64,000 bases of DNA. Source: Eledone cirrhosa (Eukaryota). Under the pieces are notes generated by a model, which did no database searches, had not been told where the DNA came from, and saw only the letters and a list, made by a program, of their open reading frames with translations. Within the stretch, counting starts at the first letter, position 1. Every line of letters begins with the position of its first letter. Below, one piece after another: positions 13,901-28,900 of this stretch. Location of the stretch: NCBI GenBank assembly GCA_964016885.1, contig OZ024744.1:34410001-34474000 (forward strand). The letters are read 5' to 3'. The translations under genes were made by a program, and so were the position numbers.

Positions 13901-16900
13901 GGTGCATTTTGTTGTTACGCCGACATGACCACTTTACTGTATGGACTGGGTGCCTTTTGTTGTGACGCCGACATGACCACTTTACAGTGTGGGCTGGGTG
14001 CCTTTTGTTGTGACTCCGACATGACCACTTTACAGTGTGGACTGGGTGCCTTATGTTGTGACGCCGACATGACCACTTTACAGTGTGGGCTGGGTGTTTT
14101 TTCTTGTGAGCCGACATGACCACTTTACATTGTGGACTGGGTGCCTGTTGTTGTGACGCCACATGACCACTTTACAGTGTGGACTGGGTGCTTTTGTTGT
14201 GACACCTACATGACCACTTTACAGTGTCGAATGGGTGCCTTTTGTTGTGAGGCCGACATGAACACTTTAGAGTATGGACTGGGTACCTTTTGTTGTTACG
14301 CCGACATGACCACTTTACTGTATGGACTGGGTGCCTCATGTTGTGACGCCGACATGACCACTTTACAGTGTGGACTGGGCGCCTTTTGTTGTGACACATA
14401 CATGACCAATTTACAGTGTCGTATGGGTGTCTTTTGTTGTGACGCCGACATGACCACTTTACTGTATGGACTGGGTGCCTTATGTTGTGACTCCGACATG
14501 AACACTTTACAGTGTGGGCTGGGTGCCTTTTGTTGTGAGGCCTACATAACCACTTTACAGTGTGGTCTGGGTGACTATTGTTGTGACGCCAACATGACCA
14601 CTTTACAGTGTGGACTGGGTGCCTTTTGTTGTGACGCCGACATGACCACTTTACATGCTGGACTGGGTGCCTTTTGTTGTGACGCCGACATGACCACTTT
14701 ACAGTGTGGACTGGGTGCCTTTTGTTGTGACACCGACATGAACACTTTACTGTATGGACTGGGTGCCTTTTGTTGTGAGGCCGACATGACCACATTACAG
14801 TGTGGGCTGGGTGCTTTTGTTGTGACACCTACATGACCACTTTACAGTTTCGAATGAGTGCCATTTGTTGTGAGGCCGACATGACCACTTTACTGTATGG
14901 ACTGGGTGCCTTATGTTGTGACGCCGACATGACCACTTTACAGTGTGGGCTGGGTGTCTTTTGTTGTGACACCGACATAACCACTTTACAGTGTGGCTTG
15001 GGTGCCTTTTGTTGTGACGCCGACATGACCACTTTACAGTGTGGACTGGGTGCCTTTTGTTGTGCGCGCCATGAACACTTTACAGTGTTGTCTGCGTGCC
15101 TTTTGTTGTGACACCTACAGGACCAATTTACAGTGCCGAATGGGTGCTTTTTGTTGTGACGCCGACATGAAAACTTGACAGTGTGGACTGGTTGCCTTTT
15201 GTTGTAACGCCGACATGACCACTTTACAGTGTCGTATGGGTGCCTTTTGTGGTGACGCCGACATGACCACTTTACTGTATGGACTGGGTGCCTTATGTTG
15301 TGACTCCGACATGAACACTTTACAGTGTGGGCTGGGTGCCTTTTGTTGTGAGGCCTACATAACCACTTTACAGTGTGGTCTGGGTGCATTTTGTTGTTAC
15401 GCCGACATGACCACTTTACTGTATGGACTGGGTGCCTTTTGTTGTGACGCCGACATGACCACTTTACAGTGTGGGCTGGGTGCCTTTTGTTGTGACTCCG
15501 ACATGACCACTTTACAGTGTGGACTGGGTGCCTTATGTTGTGACGCCGACATGACCACTTTACAGTGTGGACTGGCTGCCTTTTGTTGTGACACCTACAT
15601 GACCACTTTACAGTGTGGGCTGGGTGCCTTTTGTTGTGACTCCGACATGACCACTTTACAGTGTGGACTGGCTGCCTTTTGTTGTGACGCCGACATGACC
15701 ACTTTACAGTGTGGACTGAGTGCCTTTTGTTGTGACGACGACATAACCACTTTAGAGTATGGACTGGGTGCCTTTTATTGTGAGCCGACATGACCAATTT
15801 ACTGTATGGACTGGGGGCCTTATGTTGTGGCGCCGACATGACCACTTTACAGTGTGGGCTGGGTGCCTTTTGTTGTGACGCCGACATGAAAACTTGACAG
15901 TATGGACTGGGTGCCTTTTGTTGTAACGCCGACATGACCACTTTACAGTGTGGACTGGGCGCCTTTTGTCGTGACGCCGACATGACCACTTTACTGTATG
16001 GCCTGGGTGCCTTATGTTGTGACGCTGAGGTGACCACTTTACAGAGTGGACTGGGTGCCTTTTGTTGTGACACCGACATGACCACTTTACAGTGAGGACT
16101 TGGTGCCTTTTGTTGTGACACCGACATGACCACTTTATAGTGTCGAATGGGTGCCTTTGGTTGTGACGCCGACATGACCACTTTACAGTATCGAATGGGT
16201 GCCTCTTGTTGTGACACCGACATGACCACTTTACAGTGTGGACTGGGTGCCTTTTGTTGTGACGCCGACATGACCACTTTACAGTATCGAATGGGTGCCT
16301 TTGGCTGTGACGCCGACATGAACACTTTAGAGCGTGTCCTGGGTGCCTTTTATTGTGACGCCGCCATGAACACTTTACAGTGTGGACTGGGTGCCTTTTG
16401 TTGTGACGCCGACATGACAACTTTACAGTATAGACTGGGTGCCTTTTGTTGTGAGGCCGACATGACCACTTTACTCTATGGACTGGGTGACTTTTGTTGT
16501 GGCGCCGACATGACCACTTTACAGTGTTGCCTGTGTGTCTTTTGTTGTGACGCCAACATGACCACTTTACAGTGTGGACTGGGTGCCTTTTGTTGTGACG
16601 CCGACATGACCAGTTTACAATGTGGACTGGATGTTTTTTGTTGTGAGCCTACTTGACCACTTTACAGTGTGGAATGGATGCCTTTTGTTGTGACGCCGAC
16701 ATGACCACATTACAGTGTGGACAGAGTGCCTTTAGTTGTGACACCGACATGACCACTTTACAGTGTGGACTGGGTGCCTATGTTGTGACTACGACATGAC
16801 CACTTCACAGTGTGGACTGGGTGTCTTTTGTTGTGACGCCGACATGACCACTTTATAGTGTGGACTGAGTGCCTTTTGTTGTGACACCTACATGACCACT

Positions 16901-19900
16901 TTAGAGTATGGACTGGGTGTTTTTAGTTGTGACGCCGAGATGACCACTTTACAGTGTGGGCTGGGTACCTTTTGTTGTGAGCCGACATGACAACTTTACA
17001 GTGTGGACTGGGTGCATTTTGTTGTGACACATACATGACCACTTTAGAGTATGGACTGGGTGTTTTTAGTTGTGACGCCGAGATGACCAGTTTACAGTGT
17101 GGACTGTATGTTTTTGTTGTGAGCCGACATGACAACTTTACAGTGTGGACTGGGTGCATTTTGTTGTGTCGCCGACATGACCACATTAGAGTGTGGAATG
17201 GGTTCCTTTTGTTGTGACGCCGACCTGACCACTTTACAGTGTGGACTGGGTGCCTTTTGTTGTGACACCTACATGACCACTTTACAGTGTCGAATGGGTG
17301 CCTTTGGTTGTGACGCCGACATGACCACTTTACAGTGTCGAATGGGTGCCTTTGGTTGTGACGCCGACATGAACACTTTACAGTGTGGACTGGGTGCCTT
17401 TTGTTGTGACGCCGACATGAACACTTTACAGTGTCGATTGGGTGCCTTTGGTTGTGACTCCGACATGACCACTTTACAGTGTTGGACTGGATGCCTTTTG
17501 TTGTGCGCCGCCATGAACACTTTACAGTGTCGAATGGGTGCCTTTTGTTGTGACGCCGACATGACCACTTTACTGTATGGACCGGGTGCCTTTAGTTGTG
17601 ACGCCGACATGACCACTTGACAGTATGGACTGGGTGCCTTTTGTTGTAACGCCAACATGACCACTTTACAGTGTGGACTGGGTGCCTTTTCTTGTGCCGC
17701 CGATATGACCACTTTACAGTGTGGTCTGGGTGGCTTTTGTTGTGACACCGACATGACCACTTTAGAGTATGGACTGGGTGCCTTTTGTTGTGACGCCAAC
17801 ATGACCACCTTACTGTATGGACTGGGTGCCTTATGTTGTGAGGCCGACATAACCACTTTACAGTGTGGGCTGGGTGTCTTTTGTTGTGAGACCAACGGAC
17901 AACTTTACAGTGTGGCCTTTAGTTGTGTCGCCGACATGACCACTTTACAGTGTGGGCTGGGTGCCTTTTTTTGTGACGCCGACATGACCACTTTACAGTG
18001 TGGGCTGGGTGTTTCTTGTTGTGAGCCGACATGACCAAGTTAGAGTGTGGACTGGGTGCTTTTGTTGTGACACCTACATGACCTCTTTACAGTGCCGAAC
18101 GGGTGCCTTTTGTTGTGCGCCGCCATGAACACTTTACAGTGTGGACTGGGTACTTTTTGTTGCGGCACCGACATGACCATTTTACAGTGTGGTCTGGGTG
18201 CTTTTGTTGTGACGCCGACATGACCACTTTACTGTATGGACTGGGTTCCTTTTGTTGTGATGCCGACATGACCACTTTACAGTGTGGACTGGGTGCCTTT
18301 TGTTGTGACATCGACATGACCACTTTACTGTATGGACTGGGTGCCTTTTGTTGTGATGCCGACATGACCACTTTACAGTGTGGACTGGGTGCCTTTTGTT
18401 GTGACATCGACATGACCACTTTACAGTATGGACTGGGTGCCTTATGTTGTGACTCCGACATGACCACTTTATAGTGTGGACTAGGTGCCTTTTGTTGTGA
18501 CGCCGACATTACCACTTTACAGTATGGAGTGGGTGCCTTTTGTTGTGACGCCGACATGACCACTTTACAGTGTGGACTGGGTGCATTTTGTTGTGACGCC
18601 CGACATGACATCTTTACAGTGTGGACTGGGTGACTTTTGTTGTGACGCCGGCATGACCACTTCACAGTGTGGACTGGGTGCCTTTAGTTTGGACGCCGCC
18701 ATGACTACTTTACAGTGTGGACTGGGTTCCTTTTGTTGTGACGTTGACATGACACTTTACAGTGTGGGCTGGGTGCCTTTTGTTGTGACGCCGATATGAC
18801 CACTTTACAGTGTCGAATGGGTGCCTTTGGTTGTGACTCCGACATGACCACTTTACAGTGTGGACTGGGTGCCTTTTGTTGTGCGCCGCCATGAACACTT
18901 TACAGTGTGGACTGGGTGTTTTTTCTTGTGAGCCGACATGACCACTTTACAGTGTGGACTGGGTGCCTCTTGTTGTGACGCCACATGACCACTTTACAGT
19001 GTGGACTGGGTGCTTTTGTTGTGACACCGACATGACCACTTTACATGCTGGACTGGGTGCCTTTTGTTGTGACGCCGACATGACCACTTTACAGTGTGGA
19101 CTGGGTGTCTTTTGTTGTGACACCGACATGAACACTTTACTGTATGGACTGGGCGCCTTTTGTTGTGGCACCGACAGGACCACTTTACATGCTGGAATGG
19201 GTGCCTTTTGTTGTGACGCCGACATGACCACTTTACAGTGTGGACTGGGTGCCTTTTGTTGTGACACCGACATGACCACTTTACAGTGTGGATGGGTGCC
19301 TTTTGTTGTGACACCGACATGACCACTTTACATGCTGGACTGGGTGCCTTTTGTTGTGACGCCAACATGACCACTTTACAGTGTGGACTGGGTGCCTTTT
19401 GTTGTGACACCGACATGAACACTTTACTGTATGGACTGGGTGCCTTTTGTTGTGACGCCGACATGACCACTTTACAGTGTGGACTGGGTGCCTTTTGTTG
19501 TGACACCGACATGACCACTTTACAGTGTGGACTGGGTGCCTTTTGTTGTGACACCGACATAACCACTTTACATGCTGGACTGGGTGCCTTTTGTTGTGAC
19601 GCCGACATGACCACTTTACAGTGTGGACTGGGTGTCTTTTGTTGTGGCACCGACATGACCACTTTACATGCTGGACTGGGTGCCTTTTGTTGTGATGCCG
19701 ACATGACCACTTTACAGTGTGGACTGGGTGCCTTTTGTTGTGACACCGACATAACCACTTTACAGTGTGGCTGGGGTGCCTTTTGTTGTGACGCCGACAT
19801 GACCACTTTACAGTGTGGACTGGGTGCCTTTTGTTGTGCGCGCCATGAACACTTTACAGTGTGGTCTGCGTGCCTTTTGTTGTGACACCTACATGACCAA

Positions 19901-22900
19901 TTTACAGTGTCGAATGGGTGCCTTTTGTTGTGACGCCGACATGAAAACTTGACAGTATTGACTGGGTGCCTTTTGTTGTAACGCCGGCATGACCACTTTA
20001 CAGTGTGGACTGGGCGCCTTTTGTTGTGACACCTATATGACCATTTTACAGTGTCGTATGTGTGCCTTTTGTTGTGACGCCGACATGACCACTTTACTGT
20101 ATGGACTGGGTGCCTTATGTTGTGACTCCGACATGAACACTTTACAGTGTGGGCTGGGTGCCTTTTGTTGTGAGGCCGACATAACCACTTTACAGTGTGG
20201 CCTGGGTGACTATTGTTGTGACGCCAACATGACCACTTTACAGCGTGGACTGGGTGCCTTTTGTTGTGACGCCGACATGAACACTTTACAGTATGGACTG
20301 GGTGCTTTTTGTTGTGACGCCGATATGACCACTTTACAGTATGGACCGGGTGTTTTTTATTGTGGCGCCGACATGACCACTTGACAGTATGGACTGCTTG
20401 CCTTAGTTGTAACGCCAACATGACCATTTTACAGTGTGGACTGGGTGCCTTTTGTTGTGACACCTACATGACCACTTTGCAGTGTCGTATGGGTGCCTTT
20501 TGTTGTGACGCCGACATGACCACTTTACTGTATGGACTGGGTGCCTTATGTTGTGACTCCGACATGAACACTTTACAGTGTGAGCTGGGTGCCTTTTGTT
20601 GTGAGGCCGACATGACCACATTACAGTGTGGGCTGGGTGCCTTTTGTTGCGATGCCGACATGACCACTTTACAGTGTGGATTGGGTGTTATTTCTTGTGA
20701 GCCGAAATGACCACTTTACAGTGTGGACTGGGTGCCTTTTGTTGTGCGCGCCATGAACACTTTACAGTGTGGTCTGCGTGCCTTTTGTTGTGACACCTAC
20801 ATGACCAATTTACAGTGTCGAATGGGTGCTTTTTGTTGTGACGCCGACATGAAAACTTGACAGTGTGGACTGGTTGCCTTTAGTTGTAACTCCGACATGA
20901 CCACTTTACAGTGTGGACTGGGCGCCTTTTGTTGTGACACCTACATGACACTTTACAGTGTCGTATGGGTGCCTTTTGTTGTGACGCCGACATGACCACT
21001 TTACTGTATGGACTGGGTGCCTTATGTTGTGACTCCGACATGAACACTTTACAGTGTGGGCTGGGTGCCTTTTGTTGTGAGGCCTACATAACCACTTTAC
21101 AGTGTGGTCTGGGTGCATTTTGTTGTAACGCCGACATGACCATTTTACAGTGTGGACTGGGTTCCTTTTGTTGTGACGCCAACATGACCACATTACAGTG
21201 GGGGCTGGGTGCCTTTTGTTGCGACGCCGACATGACCACTTTACAGTGTGGACTGGGTGTTTTTTCTTGTGAGCCGACATGACCACTTTACAGTGTGGAC
21301 TGGCTGCCTCTTGTTGTGACACCACATGACCACTTTACAGTGTGGACTGGCTGCCTTTTGTTGTGACGCCGACATGACCACTTTACAGTATGGACTGGGT
21401 GCTTTTTTGTTGTGACGCCGATATGACCACTTTACAGTATGGACTGGGTGTTTTTTTTTGTGGAGCCGACATGACCACTTGACAGTATGGACTGGGTGCC
21501 TTTTGTTGTAACGCCGACATGACCATTTTACAGTGTGGACTGGGTGCCTTTTGTTGTGGCACCTACATGACCACTTTACAGTGTCGTATGGGTGCCTTTT
21601 GTTGTGACGCCGACATGACCACTTTACTGTATGGATTGGGTGCCTTATGTTGTGACTCCAACATGAACACTTTACAGTGTGGGCTGGGTGCCTTTTGTTG
21701 TGACGCCGACATGACCACTTTACAGTGTGGACTGGGTGCTTTTGTTGTGACACCTACATGACCACTTTACAGTGTCGAATGGGTGCCTTTTGTAGTGGCG
21801 CCGACATGAACACTTTACTGTATGGACTGGGTGTCTTATGTTGTGACGCCGACATGACCACTTTAAAGTGTGGGCTGGGTGCCTTTTGTTGTGACACCGA
21901 CATAACCACTTTACAGTGTGGACTGGGTGCCTTTTGTTGTGCGCGCCATGAACACTTTACAGTGTGGTCTGCGTGCCTTTTGTTGTGACACCTACATGAC
22001 CAATTTACAGTGTCGAACGGGTGCCTTTCGTTGTGACGCCGACATGAAAACTTGACAGTATGGACTGGGTGCCTTTTGTTGTAACGCCGACATGACCACT
22101 TTACAGTGTGGACTGGGTGCCTTTTGTTGTGACGCCGACATAACCACTTTACTGTATGGACTGGGTGCCTTATGTTGTGACTCCGACATGAACACTTTAC
22201 AGTGTGGGCTGGGTGCCTTTTGTTGTGACACCGACATGACCACATTACAGCGTGGGCTGGGTGCCTTTTATTGTGACGCCGACATGACCACTTTACAGTG
22301 TGGGCTGGGTGTTTTTTCTTGTGAGCCGACATGACTACTTTACATTGTGGACTGGGTGCCTGTTGTTGTGACGCCACATGACCACTTTACAGTGTGGACT
22401 GGGTGCTTTTGTTGTGACACCTACATGACCACTTTACAGTGTCGAATGGGTGCCTTTTGTTGTGAGGCCGACATGAACACTTTAGAGTATGGACTGGGTA
22501 CCTTTTGTTGTTACGCCGACATGACCACTTTACTGTATGGACTGGGTGCCTTATGTTGTGACTCCGACATGAACACTTTACAGTGTGGGCTGGGTGCCTT
22601 TTGTTGTGAGGCCTACATAACCACTTTACAGTGTGGTCTGGGTGACTATTGTTGTGACGCCAACATGACCACTTTACAGTGTGGACTGGGTGCCTTTTGT
22701 TGTGACGCCGACATGACCACTTTACATGCTGGACTGGGTGCCTTTTGTTGTGACGCCGACATGACCACTTTACAGTGTGGACTGGGTGCCTTTTGTTGTG
22801 ACACCGACATGAACACTTTACTGTATGGACTGGGTGCCTTTTGTTGTGAGGCCGACATGACCACATTACAGTGTGGGCTGGGTGCTTTTGTTGTGACACC

Positions 22901-25900
22901 TACATGACCACTTTACAGTTTCGAATGGGTGCCTTTTGTTGTGAGGCCGACATGACCACTTTACTGTATGGACTGGGTGCCTTATGTTGTGACGCCGACA
23001 TGACCACTTTACAGTGTGGGCTGGGTGTCTTTTGTTGTGACACCGACATAACCACTTTACAGTGTGGCTTGGGTGCCTTTTGTTGTGACGCCGACATGAC
23101 CACTTTACAGTGTGGACTGGGTGCCTTCTGTTGTGCGCGCCATGAACACTTTACAGTGTTGTCTGCGTGCCTTTTGTTGTGACACCTACATGACCAATTT
23201 ACAGTGCCGAATGGGTGCTTTTTGTTGTGACGCCGACATGAAAACTTGACAGTGTGGACTGGTTGCCTTTTGTTGTAACGCCGACATGACCACTTTACAG
23301 TGTCGTATGGGTGCCTTTTGTTGTGACTCCGACATGACCACTTTACTGTATGGACTGGGTGCCTTATGTTGTGACTCCGACATGAACACTTTACAGTGTG
23401 GGCTGGGTGCCTTTTGTTGTGAGGCCTACATAACCACTTTACAGTGTGGTCTGGGTGCATTTTGTTGTTACGCCGACATGACCACTTTACTGTATGGACC
23501 GGGTGCCTTTTGTTGTGACGCCGACATGACCACTTTACAGTGTGGGCTGGGTGCCTTTTGTTGTGACTCCGACATGACCACTTTACAGTGTGGACTGGGT
23601 GCCTTATGTTGTGACGCCGACATGACCACTTTACAGTGTGGACTGGCTGCCTTTTGTTGTGACACCTACTTGACCACTTTACAGTGTGGGCTGGGTGCCT
23701 TTTGTTGTGACTCCGACATGACCACTTTACAGTGTGGACTGGCTGCCTTTTGTTGTGACGCCGACATGACCATTTTACAGTGTGGACTGAGTGCCTTTTG
23801 TTGTGACGACGACATAACCACTTTAGAGTATGGACTGGGTGCCTTTTATTGTGAGCCGACATGACCAATTTACTGTATGGACTGGGGGCCTTATGTTGTG
23901 GCGCCGACATGACCACTTTACAGTGTGGGCTGGGTGCCTTTTGTTTGACGCCGACATAACCACTTTACAGTGTGGGCTGGGTGTCTTTAGTTGTGACGCC
24001 AACATGACCACTTTACTGTATGGACTGGGGGCCTTATGTTGTGGCGCCGACATGAACACTTTACAGTGTGGGCTGGGTGCCTTTTGTTGTGAGGCCTACA
24101 TAACCACTTTACAGTGTGGTCTGGGTGACTATTGTTGTGACGCCAACATGACCACTTTACAGTGTGGACTGGGTGCCTTTTGTTGTGACGCCGACATGAC
24201 CACTTTACATGCTGGACTGGGTGCCTTTTGTTGTGACGCCGACATGACCACTTTACAGTGTGGACTGGGTGCCTTTTGTTGTGACACCGACATGAACACT
24301 TTACTGTATGGACTGGGTGCCTTTTGTTGTGAGGCCGACATGACCACATTACAGTGTGGGCTGGGTGCTTTTGTTGTGACACCTACATGACCACTTTACA
24401 GTTTCGAATGAGTGCCTTTTGTTGTGAGGCCGACATGACCACTTTACTGTATGGACTGGGTGCCTTATGTTGTGACGCCGACATGACCACTTTACAGTGT
24501 GGGCTGGGTGTCTTTTGTTGTGACACCGACATAACCACTTTACAGTGTGGCTTGGGTGCCTTTTGTTGTGACGCCGACATGACCACTTTACAGTGTGGAC
24601 TGGGTGCCTTTTGTTGTGCGCGCCATGAACACTTTACAGTGTTGTCTGCGTGCCTTTTGTTGTGACACCTACAGGACCAATTTACAGTGCCGAATGGGTG
24701 CTTTTTGTTGTGACGCCGACATGAAAACTTGACAGTGTGGACTGGTTGCCTTTTGTTGTAACGCCGACATGACCACTTTACAGTGTCGTATGGGTGCCTT
24801 TTGTTGTGACGCCGACATGACCACTTTACTGTATGGACTGGGTGCCTTATGTTGTGACTCCGACATGAACACTTTACAGTGTGGGTTGGGTGCCTTTTGT
24901 TGTGAGGCCTACATAACCACTTTACAGTGTGGTCTGGGTGCATTTTGTTGTTACGCCGACATGACCACTTTACTGTATGGACTGGGTGCCTTTTGTTGTG
25001 ACGCCGACATGACCACTTTACAGTGTGGGCTGGGTGCCTTTTGTTGTGACTCCGACATGACCACTTTACAGTGTGGACTGGGTGCCTTATGTTGTGACGC
25101 CGACATGACCACTTTACAGTGTGGGCTGGGTGTTTTTTCTTGTGAGCCGACATGACCACTTTACATTGTGGACTGGGTGCCTGTTGTTGTGACGCCACAT
25201 GACCACTTTACAGTGTGGACTGGGTGCTTTTGTTGTGACACCTACATGACCACTTTACAGTGTCGAATGGGTGCCTTTTGTTGTGAGGCCGACATGAACA
25301 CTTTAGAGTATGGACTGGGTACCTTTTGTTGTTACGCCGACATGACCACTTTACTGTATGGACTGGGTGCCTCATGTTGTGACGCCGACATGACCACTTT
25401 ACAGTGTGGACTGGGCGCCTTTTGTTGTGACACATACATGACCAATTTACAGTGTCGTATGGGTGTCTTTTGTTGTGACGCCGACATGACCACTTTACTG
25501 TATGGACTGGGTGCCTTATGTTGTGACTCCGACATGAACACTTTACAGTGTGGGCTGGGTGCCTTTTGTTGTGAGGCCTACATAACCACTTTACAGTGTG
25601 GTCTGGGTGACTATTGTTGTGACGCCAACATGACCACTTTACAGTGTGGACTGGGTGCCTTTTGTTGTGACGCCGACATGACCACTTTACATGCTGGACT
25701 GGGTGCCTTTTGTTGTGACGCCGACATGACCACTTTACAGTGTGGACTGGGTGCCTTTTGTTGTGACACCGACATGAACACTTTACTGTATGGACTGGGT
25801 GCCTTTTGTTGTGAGGCCGACATGACCACATTACAGTGTGGGCTGGGTGCTTTTGTTGTGACACCTACATGACCACTTTACAGTTTCGAATGGGTGCCTT

Positions 25901-28900
25901 TTGTTGTGAGGCCGACATGACCACTTTACTGTATGGACTGGGTGCCTTATGTTGTGACGCCGACATGACCACTTTACAGTGTGGGCTGGGTGTCTTTTGT
26001 TGTGACACCGACATAACCACTTTACAGTGTGGCTTGGGTGCCTTTTGTTGTGACGCCGACATGACCACTTTACAGTGTGGACTGGGTGCCTTTTGTTGTG
26101 CGCGCCATGAACACTTTACAGTGTTGTCTGCGTGCCTTTTGTTGTGACACCTACATGACCAATTTACAGTGCCGAATGGGTGCTTTTTGTTGTGACGCCG
26201 ACATGAAAACTTGACAGTGTGGACTGGTTGCCTTTTGTTGTAACGCCGACATGACCACTTTACAGTGTCGTATGGGTGCCTTTTGTTGTGACGCCGACAT
26301 GACCACTTTACTGTATGGACTGGGTGCCTTATGTTGTGACTCCGACATGAACACTTTACAGTGAAGGGCTGGGTGTCTTTTGTTGTGAGGCCTACATAAC
26401 CACTTTACAGTGTGGTCTGGGTGCATTTTGTTGTTACGCCGACATGACCACTTTACTGTATGGACTGGGTACCTTTTGTTGTGACGCCGACATGACCACT
26501 TTACAGTGTGGGCTGGGTGCCTTTTGTTGTGACTCCGACATGACCACTTTACAGTGTGGACTGGGTGCCTTATGTTGTGACGCCGACATGACCACTTTAC
26601 AGTGTGGACTGGCTGCCTTTTGTTGTGACACCTACATGACCACTTTACAGTGTGGGCGGGGGGCCTTTTGTTGTGACTCCGACATGACCACTTTACAGTG
26701 TGGACTGGCTGCCTTTTGTTGTGACGCCGACATGACCACTTTACAGTGTGGACTGAGTGCCTTTTGTTGTGACGACGACATAACCACTTTAGAGTATGGA
26801 CTGGGTGCCTTTTATTGTGAGCCGACATGTCCAATTTACTGTATGGACTGGGGGCCTTATGTTGTGGCGCCGACATGACCACTTTACAGTGTGGGCTGGG
26901 TGCCTTTTGTTTGACGCCGACATAACCACTTTACAGTGTGGGCTGGGTGTCTTTAGTTGTGACGCCAACATGACCACTTTACTGTATGGACTGGGGGCCT
27001 TATGTTGTGGCGCCGACATGAACACTTTACAGTGTGGGCTGGGTGCCTTTTGTTGTGAGGCCTACATAACCACTTTACAGTGTGGTCTGGGTGACTATTG
27101 TTGTGACGCCAACATGACCACTTTACAGTGTGGACTGGGTGCCTTTTGTTGTGACGCCGACATGACCACTTTACATGCTGGACTGGGTGCCTTTTGTTGT
27201 GACGCCGACATGACCACTTTACAGTGTGGACTGGGTGCCTTTTGTTGTGACACCTACATGACCACTTTACAGTTTCGAATGAGTGCCTTTTGTTGTGAGG
27301 CCGACATGACCACTTTACTGTATGGACTGGGTGCCTTATGTTGTGACGCCGACATGACCACTTTACAGTGTGGGCTGGGTGTCTTTTGTTGTGACACCGA
27401 CATAACCACTTTACAGTGTGGCTTGGGTGCCTTTTGTTGTGACGCCGACATGACCACTTTACAGTGTGGACTGGGTGCCTTTTGTTGTGCGCGCCATGAA
27501 CACTTTACAGTGTTGTCTGCGTGCCTTTTGTTGTGACACCTACAGGACCAATTTACAGTGCCGAATGGGTGCTTTTTGTTGTGACGCCGACATGAAAACT
27601 TGACAGTGTGGACTGGTTGCCTTTTCTTGTAACGCCGACATGACCACTTTACAGTGTCGTATGGGTGCCTTTTGTTGTGACGCCGACATGACCACTTTAC
27701 TGTATGGACTGGGTGCCTTATGTTGTGACACCGACATGAACACTTTACAGTGTGGGCTGGGTGCCTTTTGTTGTGAGGCCTACATAACCACTTTACAGTG
27801 TGGTCTGGGTGCATTTTGTTGTTACGCCGACATGACCACTTTACTGTATGGACTGGGTGCCTTTTGTTGTGACGCCGACATGACCACTTTACAGTGTGGG
27901 CTGGGTGCCTTTTGTTGTGACTCCGACATGACCACTTTACAGTGTGGACTGGGTGCCTTATGTTGTGACGCCGACATGACCACTTTACAGTGTGGACTGG
28001 CTGCCTTTTGTTGTGACACCTACATGACCACTTTACAGTGTGGGCTGGGTGCCTTTTGTTGTGACTCCGACATGACCACTTTACAGTGTGGACTGGCTGC
28101 CTTTTGTTGTGACGCCGACATGACCACTTTACAGTGTGGACTGAGTGTCTTTTGTTGTGACGACGACATAACCACTTTAGAGTATGGACTGGGTGCCTTT
28201 TATTGTGAGCCGACATGACCAATTTACTGTATGGACTGGGGGCCTTATGTTGTGGCGCCGACATGACCACTTTACAGTGTGGGCTGGGTGCCTTTTGTTT
28301 GACGCCGACATAACCACTTTACAGTGTGGGCTGGGTGTCTTTAGTTGTGACGCCAACATGACCACTTTACTGTATGGACTGGGGGTCTTATGTTGTGGCG
28401 CCGACATGACCACTTTACAGTGTGGGCTGGGTGCCTTTTGTTGTGACGCCGACATGAAAACTTGACAGTATGGACTGGGTGCCTTTTGTTGTAACGCCGA
28501 CATGACCACTTTACAATGTGGACTGGGCGCCTTTTGTCGTGACGCCGACATGACCACTTTACTGTATGGCCTGGGTGCCTTATGTTGTGACGCTGAGGTG
28601 ACCACTTTACAGAGTGGACTGGGTGCCTTTTGTTGTGACACCGACATGACCACTTTACAGTGAGGACTTGGTGCCTTTTGTTGTGACACCGACATGACCA
28701 CTTTATAGTGTCGAATGGGTGCCTTTGGTTGTGACGCCGACATGACCACTTTACAGTATCGAATGGGTGCCTCTTGTTGTGACACCGACATGACCACTTT
28801 ACAGTGTGGACTGGGTGCCTTTTGTTGTGACGCCGACATGACCACTTTACAGTATCGAATGGGTGCCTTTGGCTGTGACGCCGACATGAACACTTTAGAG

